A stretch of 63,594 nt of DNA, filler included, from Folioceros fuciformis (taxonomy: Eukaryota): the NCBI GenBank assembly GCA_049999805.1. It is 11 parts of 11 records of this genome, joined end to end, with 100 filler letters (N's around TTAATTAATTAA, not from the genome) between each part and the next. Parts side by side here need not be neighbours in the genome. Positions count along the whole stretch, not along the records: positions 1 to 7,496 come from JBNGIO010002091.1; positions 7,597 to 13,358 come from JBNGIO010002092.1; 9 more parts are not named here. The stretch is one strand, 5' to 3'. Positions 1-9,832 of the stretch are shown here, one piece after another. Positions within the stretch are counted from its first letter, which is position 1. Each line of letters opens with the position of its first letter. Both the position numbers and the translations under genes were made by a program. The notes beneath the pieces are model-generated. The model saw only the letters and a list, made by a program, of their open reading frames with translations, ran no database searches and was not told the DNA's origin.

Positions 1-2035
1 CACGACAGGAGCGCGCTCGTTGTAGCCTTAGATTCCAACAGGCTGATTGCAAGTAGAAAACGGTCTCTAATCTAGCCGCTTTTAACAAGTCTGAAAGCAA
101 TAAGGATAAGTATTGTATGAGGAAGAAACGCTCACACAAACATTCTCTCCTTAATCTTGCTTCATAACGGTGACCAAGATGGAATACCATCTGATCGATT
201 CAACACAATGTTCCTATATACATATCATCTAAGTGGTATATATAAAAATCTTATTCTATGATGTCATTGCTCACATGCCGATGGGCGCTTTGCTGGTGGC
301 ATTGAAAGGCTGACAAAGTGGAGGTCTCAAAAGTGAAAATTGTATAAAGGTTGCATAAATTGGAAGGGTGTGTAAGATGCAATTTGCATAGGTCTAAATT
401 TGGCTATCATTGAACCTAGCTTCCTAGCTCCACTCTTTTCCAACGTTGGATGCTTACTAACATGCGATTTTCAGAAAATTCTGTTCCTAAGTTCTCTGGT
501 TGTAAGAACGTACCTTTTCAACATTTAAGGCAGTTTGCTACACACCCAACCATGACCACACTCAACACTACAATTGTAGCTGCGATTGCTATAGCAACCA
601 TTGTCACAATCATGTAAGCTAGTAATTTCATAAGCTACTATGGTTGATGTGGTGGTGCAGAGAGTGTGATACCAATGGTAGAGAACCTTGGAAGGCTTGG
701 GATTGTTGATCATATTTTGGCTGCCATAGATTTCACCCATTGCAACATGTGATCCTACACTTGCACCTACATAGCTGTGGTGAGGAACAACTAGGTATAA
801 CAATAGAGATTTCCGGCAACCAAGTTGGTTGTGCAAGATGCAACTGTACATTAAAACTACCTTCCCTTTGCTTGCATGAACACCTCATCCATAATTCCAA
901 GCCTCAAAGAAAAAAATTTCTGGCACGGAATATGACACTTATATATAACATGTAAGGTATGGCATGCCAAAGGCTACACACTCTCTCCCCTTATTTTACA
1001 CATTTCTCCAAGGGTATCTAGATGCACATGCTTCCAAGATTCTCAAATTGAGGTTGTCCTCTTGGGTCACCCTAATGAAGGGGATAGTTAAGTGCCCCCT
1101 TAATTGGATCAGTACTAGAATGGGGAAGCGCCCCCCAAGCGGATCAGCGTTAGGAAGGGGAAGTGCCTCCTGAGCAAATTAATGTTGGGATGAGGTACTA
1201 CCTAGAGTGCAAAAACATGGTTTTTTTGTGTCATGGGCCCATAGTGGTATTCAAAGATACAAGTAGAAAGCATGCTACAATTCAACACCTAGTTTTTTGG
1301 AAAAGAGGGTGATAAACATCACAACACCCTCCACCAAGTAGGAGATGGTGGCACAAGGCCCTATCCCAAGCTAGGCCTAGAGGGTAGCCCAAGCCACATA
1401 GTAGTCCCCTTTAGGATAGACTGAGAAACCCCTCCAAGCCTAATTGCCAATCTCCCTCAAAGGTGGGAATAAGGTCCTTGCACCTATGCCGAAGGATTTA
1501 AGCCCTTTTGCTGTTGGTTATGTTGCACCCCCATTTCTAAAAGCAGTTTTATTGCCTTGCAGTTCATTGTTGCTACTGTCTGAAGATATGAAAATCATGT
1601 TGGGCATTTTGCCAATCACCTTCACACAAGCACTAATGCTATCTATATCTTGTCAATGCTTGTAGTTACAATGAACAAACAAAGTATGAAATTCCTTTGC
1701 GTTAGCCTGATATGGACAAGTGCTCGAAACAAAAGTTTTGTGTGACACAATCTAACAACAACAAGCATGTTGTGACAAAACAAATTTGTGTATTGTAGAA
1801 TAGGCAAGCTGATGCCAATGGCATGTCAAATAGAATACAAGACAAGGGAAAGAAATAACAGCATATTATTGTGAAAAGTACATAAAGAAAAAATATTCTT
1901 GATCCATGTTTCATAGACAAAAATACATGTGAGAAAAAAATTACTTACCATTATATCACTAATATTTAACCTTGACATCTTATAGCTTAATTTTTAAGAT
2001 AGATATTCACTTCAAGCAATCGTCCAGCTAATAAA

Positions 2036-2142
2036 AATAGGTTCGAGATGTTGTTTTGCGTGTCAATGAGTTACGGGTAGAGATTGAATAGATTCGAGAT
2101 GTTGTTTCGCGTGTCAATGAGTTACGGGTAGAGATTGAATAG
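2036..2142. repeat. 51-bp tandem duplication upstream of PTOX
   Basis: aatagRttcgagatgttgtttYgcgtgtcaatgagttacgggtagagattg occurs at 2036 and 2087 with 2 mismatches. Confidence 0.9.
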
Positions 2143-2592
2143 AGTTATATACGAAGGAAATATACCGATATGTTCCACGGGCTGGCCAAGCAAGTTGGAC
2201 CCAATCAGGCTCGGTGTACCAACGATATGACTACCTCAGCCTCAGAGTCAGCTGGACCGGGAGCTCCTCGAACACGTCTTGTGATCGCGACATTTGTGGA
2301 GGCCTCTCGACCTGCTTTCTGTTCCGGGTGATCCGCAGGTAAGCGATTCAATTTTATTGATTGGCTTGTCGATTCCTTGCTTAGATCTGTCATCCTGTTG
2401 GCGCCGATGATGCAGCCGTAGTGGTTTGGAAATCTGTGTTGCTCGCTCCGCAGTTGCTTAAGTGCAAAGTTGGCCTGTTGGAAGGGTTGATCTTGCCAAT
2501 TCTCGTAAAAGATTGGTGCCGGCCTGATTCACTGTGCTTGCTTCGACTCATTGGGAGTTGGCGAATTGCTTTTTTGCAGAGGTGTTTGCTAA

Positions 2593-5191
2593 ATGGCAGC
2601 TTACGTAAGCTCGCATCAGTCAGCCACTTTCCAGGCCCTGAATAGGTTTACTGTACCTGTACATCGGTTCCGGGGTAGCCAGAGAAGGGCAGTACAGGTG
2701 CGATCCTTCTGTGGTGCCTACCATAAGAGGGGCTTGTGCACAATTGTAGCAGCGGGGAGAGAGGGTGTGGAAATTGAGGAGTGTGGCAGGTTGCCTCATT
2801 CCCGTCATGGTTTTGGAAAATGTGTGAGGGACCGAGTTGTGGCAGCTGGCTCTTTGCGGAGTGATGCAGTTACGGCAGAGGGGAATGATTTACCAGTTAT
2901 CAGCTCAAACATTTCAGATGAGGAGAGTGAGAGGCTTCAGAGGGTCAACCCGACAGGGGTTGGGACTGACACCAGCTTGGCCAGGGTTAGTGAGGCAGAG
3001 CATGAGGTGAAACATCCAAAGAGAATCTACTTTGATTACGGATTTCAAGCCAATTTTCTACGGGAAGGGCCAACTGTCCCACGAAATGTGATCAGACTTG
3101 CTTTTGAGAATTTCGGACGAGAATGGAGGGTGAGGTGCTCTGAGTCTTAGTTCTCTGCGTGTTAGTGTATGGATACCTTACTTGGTTCGACCATTCTCAG
3201 TTCAGCTGATTGTGGAAGATGAGTTAACAAACGTCTGGAACGAGTGGTTTAATTCTGTAGGGTGCTCAAGGCCAAGGCTGTTAGGTCATGATTTAGTTCA
3301 GCATGTCCGCTCAAAGCTGCTGCTTCTCTGCAGGCATTGCGTAGAAGTTACTTGTTCAGTGATGGTGGAGAGATCACGGGTAACGATTTTATTTGCAACC
3401 TTGTTTTTCGGTCCCGCCTCAAGTTCTTGGACAAAGCCATAAGTCCGTGTGTGGTTGCCTATGTTCACAGCCTCGAACACGAAGGCTGGACCTTGGGCCT
3501 ATGCAGGACGAGCTGCTGTCTTGGTTCTCAGGGCGGTGGACAATCTGCTGCAGATATACGACGGTCTGCCGCAGCTCAGCCCACAATTGCAGGTTTGCGT
3601 ATGTTGGCATGTGGGCCATTTCCGGTGAAATGACAATTTTGTTGCATGGCAATGTGAAACTTGCCCTTGTGTGATACAGGACTTGACTCCAGAGCAAGTG
3701 GAATTGCGAGATGCACTGAAAAAGCTCACGCTGAGCAACGACGCCGTCTGGGAACGAGAGAGGCAACGACCTCCTGTTGAGGCGCCCTGGTGGATCCTTG
3801 GCCCCTACTATGTTCTATGTGGGGTATGGAGCTGCACAAATGGTTCTCGCCTCTACGACGGTCCGTTCCTCTTCTACTATTGACCTCGTGGCAACGGTCT
3901 AACATTTTTGCAGATGCTGGACATCATTTTCAACAACAGGCCTATACAACGATTTTGGTTTCTGGAAACTGTGGCTCGTATGCCCTACTTCTCGTATCCT
4001 CTTTCACTTTCACTGTCCCCACGCTCTGGAATCCTGCTTATAGCTCTGCAGAGCTAACTCTATGAGCAGCTTTATCGTCGTATCTAACATGCTCCTGGAG
4101 TCGGGTCCTTAACATTTTGGCAGCTACATTTCTATGCTCCACCTCTACGAGACTCTTGGCTGGTAAGGTATCCCTTTCTGTTCCTCCTGGTTCATATCGT
4201 AGCATGGTGAGTAAAGTTGTGCTAAGCAGCTTCGTGGCGTGTTAACCTTTAGGTGGCGAGTAGGAGCTGAGGTGCGCAAGGTTCATTTTGCTGAGGTATG
4301 GTTCAATTGGTTGGCTCGATCCACTTCAGATTTTTGGTCAGCACCTTTTGCAAATGTTCTCTGACGTATTTGCGTATCAAATCAGGAATGGAATGAAATG
4401 CACCATCTGAAGATTATGGAGTCTCTTGGAGGAGACCTGCAGTGGGGTGACCGTTTCTTTGCTCAACATGCTGCATTCTTCTATTATTGGGTATGATGCT
4501 TTTAAGATGTGCAAAACTCTACTTCTGCGACCACGTCTGCTAACCAGAGCATTTCGCAGATTCTCAACGGCATGTTCTTGATCTCGCCGAAAGTTGCCTA
4601 CAACTTTTCAGAATTAATAGAGTCACACGCAGGTCTGATGCTCCCTCCAGTGAATTTCCTTCAGTGGTGATGACAACCAGTCTGTTTTAAACAAGAAGCG
4701 TAATGTGGTTCGTCTTGAATGACAGTGGACACATACGGTCAGTTCGTTGACGAGAATGAAGAGCTGTTGAAAACGCTTCCACCGTCTCCTGTTGCCATCG
4801 AGTACTATGAGAGTGACGATTTGTACATGTAATGAGGATCCTTCCGCTGCTAACATGTAAAATCTAGCTTCCATTCTCAGTTTAGTTTTCACTTGTTTAA
4901 CTGATGTGCAAACGGTGTCTGGCAGGTTTGACGAATTCCAGACCAGCCAATTACCGGATTCTAGACGTCCGAAAGTAGACAGCCTCTACGACGTATTTGC
5001 TGCCATCTGTGTAAGTTCTAAATCAGGCACGAGTAGGCATCTACATGAGCGATGCAGGCTGCAGTCTTTTGAACACTGCTTTGCTCGCCTTTCAGGGTGA
5101 CGAAGGGGAGCACGTGAAAACTATGGTAGCATGCCAGAGACTCGACAGTCCTGTGAGCAGCCCACACCGACAAACCAAGTTCAGTCCGTAG
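2593..5191 (+). CDS. PTOX: Plastid terminal oxidase (AOX/PTOX diiron carboxylate family), multi-exon
   Basis: Spliced exons give [100 protein letters not shown]. The Glu/ExxH iron ligands are present. Transit-peptide-like N-terminus from ATG 2593; stop TAG 5189-5191. The early exon boundaries are approximate. Confidence 0.92.
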
Positions 5192-5638
5192 GTTCGTGTC
5201 TCTGGTCTTCCCTTCCTCTCCACTACTGGCGAACCGTGTACATATGTACCATCAGCTTACATCAATGAATCTGTCTTAATAGTTTATATTTAAGTTGATA
5301 ATTGCCATGAGAGCAACTCACGATGAATGAGGTTAGTACAAGCCTCGGACGTGCAAGGGGACAAACACTTCCCCCTCCCACATTCGCCAGGGGCGGTGGA
5401 ACAAGGCACACGATACCACTTTCCCTTGATATTTCCTTCTAAGAGTTCCCACTTCCTCCTAGAGCGGCTAGACGATATAGCGTCGGGCACTTACAAGTTG
5501 ACGACAGATCCAGCCCGTTGTGGTTGGGCCTTGTCGGACTCGTGGTCGAGAGCGGACGTGCCAGGAAAGCAGCCTTGGAAGTAAGGAGAGTGCTGGTCCA
5601 TACAAAGAATTGGTGAGAGCCACGTTACCCTTCGTACC

Positions 5639-7496
5639 TCACTTGTTTTTTTTCTTTTTCTTTTTGTCCTTCTTGTCTGGCTCGTCTGGGTCCGGGATCA
5701 AGGCTTGCTCCAAGGAATGCTCAAAATATAGAGTCCTAGTCTCCCAGTACGACTTGTTGGTGACAATGGTGGTATCCACACTTCCTTCCACTCGCCACCC
5801 CACTACTGAACCTTCCAGAGACTTGGGAAACCGCCACTTGAGCCCCTCCGAGTACTCCTCCTCAGCGAACAGAATGCCTCCATCACTGCCGAACGGGAGT
5901 CCAAGGAGAGGGTTGGAGGGCGGCCTTCTCCCGAACTGGAATATAGATGTCTTCTTGGAAGCTATCAAAGGGTTGATTCTGTCGAAAGGCTTTCCTTCCC
6001 AGCTGGTCAGACTCCAGTTGAAGCTGCCCCCGTTCTCTCCCTCCTCCAGTTGTTCGAAAACCCATGGCTTGGCGCTTGTAGCCATCTGAGAACTGACCGC
6101 CGCTGCTAGCCCCAGGTTGCCTTGCACCTGCCAGGAAACAATGTTGAGGACGGGAATCACCGGGAACCAGTGTGTACTGCGGAGGGTGTACAGGAAGCTT
6201 ACCGTGCTCCCCACACCCAAGCCTACACCAAGACCGATCCCCTCCCCCATGTTGATCTTGAAGGCTGCATTTGCCGAGGACCTGACGACGCTGAAGAGTG
6301 CCTCGGCGTTGAGGGGAGTCACAGTCACCGACAAATGTGATGGAAAATGTCCCATGTAGGCAACATCCCACGACGCATGGGCCACCCGGCACAGAAGGTT
6401 GGAGATGTTGATCGTAACCTCTACGAAGTTGGGCGTGGCCCTCACAGACGCCGAGACCTGCAGCTCCAGTTCCACCCTTTGTCGGGACAGCAGCTTGACG
6501 ACCTCAGACGGCTTCTTCACTTCCTGCCCTGATCTGGTTGTCTGTGGGACAGAAGGGAGACCGCAACGCGAAAGAGAGTCAGAACGGGGAGGACGCACTG
6601 AGGCCAGATATAATTACATCCTGAATGCGGAGAGGAGGGGAGTAAGTGGAGAGGCCATGACCTGAGATCCCTTTCGCCTCATACAAGCAATCGGAGCGCC
6701 GACGTCCAGGGTCCACATCCCTTGGCCCCACACATCCAAGACAGACTTCCGGTGGATGGACCACAGCATCCGCAGCACTGATGTGCTCTCTGCATCGTTG
6801 ACTTCCGATTCCACCTTGATCTGGCCGACAGCAAGAGGTGAGAGCGGTATCACAACCGGAATCACCAACGTCCTCAACAACCCACTGAGTGCCTCACCAC
6901 AATGTCACACATGGACTTGTTGATGTAGTCCCGGAGCCCCTTGAGCAGCTCCGCCATGGCACCGACCTCCTCGTCCGGCGGCCCGCCCACAGTCCCTGCA
7001 CCCCAGCTGCTGGCGAGCGGCAGGATATGGTCCACCACGTACTCATCGAACTCGATCAGAAGCTCCTGCATCACCGCCAGCCTCGGCACATTGTTCACCT
7101 TGGCAATCTTAGCCCCTGCGACCACAACCAGCCCACCACCATGACCCACCCACACCCTCTCGCGCCACCCACTCAGGAATGCAAAAACAACCACGCCGTA
7201 CCGGCCACAATGACAGCCAGCCAATTGAAGAAGATGTTGAAGGTGGAGCCGATGGCATCCTGCACCAGCTTCCTCTTCTCCCCGGGAGCTCCACCGTCCT
7301 CCAAGCAGCAGTGCTCGTCCACGAGGTCCAGCAGCAGGCCGGAGTCCCGCCGGCCGATCTCCGCCACCACCTCTCGCACCATCTGGTCCAGCCCGGGCTC
7401 CTCCATCCCCTTGGGCGTCTGCTCCCGCAGCGCCACCGGCAGCACCGAATCGTGCAGCTCCCCCTCCATCGCCCCCCCCAGCAGCATCTGCCGGAT
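5639..7496 (-). CDS. Uncharacterised plant protein, At2g40390/At5g64190-like beta-rich family; 5' end at contig gap, at least 4 exons
   Basis: GT-AG spliced exons (about 7496-7202, 7115-6898, 6821-6663, 6543-5639). The last exon has HFPSHLSVTVTP, WVFEQ, FNWSL, GGILFAEEEYSEGLKW, WRVEG, YWETR, matching my recollection of this family's motifs. Basic C-tail KKDKKKKKKNK. Confidence 0.7.
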
Positions 7497-7596
7497 NNNN
7501 NNNNNNNNNNNNNNNNNNNNNNNNNNNNNNNNNNNNNNNNTTAATTAATTAANNNNNNNNNNNNNNNNNNNNNNNNNNNNNNNNNNNNNNNNNNNN
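7497..7596. other. Artificial contig spacer N44-TTAATTAATTAA-N44 (also at 13359-13458, 15660-15759, 23173-23272, 40941-41040, 48989-49088, 53335-53434, 56641-56740, 58251-58350, 60289-60388)
   Basis: Ten identical 100-nt blocks with stop codons in all six frames. Confidence 0.99.
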
Positions 7597-8100
7597 GATT
7601 GAGACTTGGTAGAGCGTCTGTTTGATGTGATATCTGTATTAACATCAGAGATTAAATTTAGAATATGATAATTAAATAAATCCATATTGATTCTAGACTG
7701 AATGAGATCTATTTTTCTTTCTAAAATAATAAAATCATAGTGAAGATCCATGTTATTTCTTCTTGAGATATTAGTTTTGAAAGAAAGATTTTCAGGTCTA
7801 TATGAAGGATCTGAGTGTTGCTCCATTTTGTAATCTAATTAAAAAGAATAAAAAGCATTGTAAAATAAATTTTTCTTGTAAGGAAAGAAATACTCTTATA
7901 AGAAGAGACATTTCTTAAAAGGAAATTACTCAATAAGTTCCTGCTCTGATACCATGAAATGGTATTTCATGAAGTAATGAAGACTGAAATTGTATTGAAA
8001 AATTGTTTTGTTTTAGAGCAGGTTCTTAACGCTCAAGGAGCACACAACGGTTCGTGAACCCTAACTAGGATTAAGTAACTAGGGTTAGAACTAACTGATA
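7597..8100 (-). mobile_element. AT-rich retroelement remnant (LTR retrotransposon or caulimovirid) with tRNA-Met primer-binding site
   Basis: Minus strand reads ...tttCA-TGGTATCAGAGC (PBS at 7943-7954), followed by an AT-rich leader and an ORF from 7826 that runs into the gap. Confidence 0.6.
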
Positions 8101-8643
8101 CTATCTACACATGAGGCTTTGTAACGAAGGCCACAAGACGATGGCCTCCCTACTGTCACCAGGGCTTGGCCTTGCTGCGTTGTAATTTTTAGGAGCACTT
8201 GTCGCATGTTGCACCCTTGCCACTTGCGGGTCCAATGCTTTTTTTGTCGGGACCTCGGCATGATTCTGGAGCAGCAGGAGACTTCGCGTCATAGAAAGAT
8301 ACCCACGTGCATGTTGAGACAAACTCTACCCCCGGCCGAAAGGCGGAGGTACATAGAGCACCTAGGACCTGTTTGAATCGTGGATCGTGTGCTGGTTCTC
8401 ACTCCACAACGTCTGCCCAGACGGACAGTGTCACAAACACACACACACACACACACTCTGTCACACATTTGCCTGGCAGAACCAAGCAAAGCCGCGGGCT
8501 GAATCACTTCCGAAGGCCTTCCCAATATGCAGGACCTGGTGCTTCGTGCGTTCTCAGCATCGCGCAATTGGAAGCCTTTGATTGAGGACACAGAGCGAGT
8601 CCTTATCGGTGGTCCTCGACTCCGGGCAGGCCTAGGGAGGGGG

Positions 8644-9303
8644 ATGGCTGGAGCGAGGGCATTCAAGAACTTGGTGTTCGACATCGGGGGAGTGCTGCTC
8701 ACCTGGAGCACAGCGGACGTGTCTCCCCTGGATCCCAACACTTTTGGGAAGATCTTGCGGTCAGACTTGGTCCATGCGTACGAGAGAGGACAAATCTCCA
8801 GGGACCAGTTTTGCAACATGGTCGGAGACAGATTTGGAGTACCCGCCAAAGATATGAAGTTGGTTATCGAGAGGACGGCAAAGAGTTTACGCCTCATACC
8901 CGAGATGGTGGCCCTTGTCCAAGATGTGAAGCGGGGCGACCCGGATCTTCGCCTTTGCTGCATGTCGAACATCTCGAGGGAAGAATGGCAGTACCTGCTC
9001 CAGAGGTACCCGGATTGCTGGTCGTCCTTTGAGCATATATTTCCGTCGTGGGAAGCTGGACTGCGCAAGCCCCAGGTGGAGTTCTTCGAGCACGTCATCG
9101 AGGAGGCCAAGATTGCGCCCGAGGACACCATCTTCATCGACGATACAGCCGCGAACGTGGAGGTCGCTCAGGAGCTCGGATTTGAGTGTGTACTGCACCA
9201 GAATGCCGAGGACACAGTCCGCCGACTCGCTTCTTTGCTTCCCAATATAGAAGCTTGCAAACGCGAAGCGAGGCCGGTGAGCCTCAGGGGGAGTCTTGAT
9301 TGA
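8644..9303 (+). CDS. HAD-superfamily hydrolase (YihX/fungal HAD-phosphatase-like), intronless
   Basis: Motif I VFDIGGVL, motif II CMSNIS, motif III GLRKP, motif IV FIDD..ANV..A..LG. An upstream in-frame ATG at 8527 could add 39 aa. Confidence 0.88.
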   Translation: MAGARAFKNLVFDIGGVLLTWSTADVSPLDPNTFGKILRSDLVHAYERGQISRDQFCNMVGDRFGVPAKDMKLVIERTAKSLRLIPEMVALVQDVKRGDPDLRLCCMSNISREEWQYLLQRYPDCWSSFEHIFPSWEAGLRKPQVEFFEHVIEEAKIAPEDTIFIDDTAANVEVAQELGFECVLHQNAEDTVRRLASLLPNIEACKREARPVSLRGSLD

Positions 9304-9832
9304 CGACTTCCTTTGAGGGATTCGGTGGGATCAATTCCTGCTTGCTTGCTTGTACTTTGCTTGTACTTCGCTTGTACTTGTACGCCATTGTCCATTATCA
9401 ATTTCTATTGGCCAAGCTACTTCAAATCGGGCCCAGGCTTCCGGGTCCACCAAAACCAAAAGAATCACAGGTTGAGTCACCTGTCTGAGAGATGTCAGCC
9501 TCCTCGTCCTCGTCTTTGCCCAGCCGATCCTCTATGCCCCATTCCAGAGTCCGTTTCGCAGGACAGTTTGATTATCAGCACCACCAGGTCTCGCAGGCCA
9601 GGAAGACTGGTTGTCCAGGTTCACTGCCGACCTTTGCTAATGGGCCCTCGTTGAGCTTGTCTGCTTCTCCAAACCAATGCTCATGCTAAACCATCCAAAG
9701 CCATAGAGACATGCACAAGGGGGACGGCGAAGTGAAGGCCAACGTGCACCACAGCTACTCCACATCAGGCATCCACATTTGAGAGCCGGTTTGTCCTTCA
9801 TTATGCTCAGGGCCAGGGGTTAGGGGTCAGGG

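Noticed and set aside
1-2030. Short ORFs in the AT-rich region upstream of PTOX
   Set aside because: No recognisable motifs; probably decayed repeats
7497-7596. Recurrent TTAATTAATTAA motif flanked by Ns, and ORFs running into it
   Set aside because: Assembly linker with six-frame stops; not biological
8438-8456. (AC)n microsatellite; also the GS-coding hexamer repeat at ~15108-15150
   Set aside because: Ordinary simple repeats
8289-9137. 282-aa antisense ORF over the HAD gene (and similar antisense ORFs over the PPR, AAA, RAY1 and RLK genes)
   Set aside because: Shadow frames of GC-rich coding sequence with no motifs
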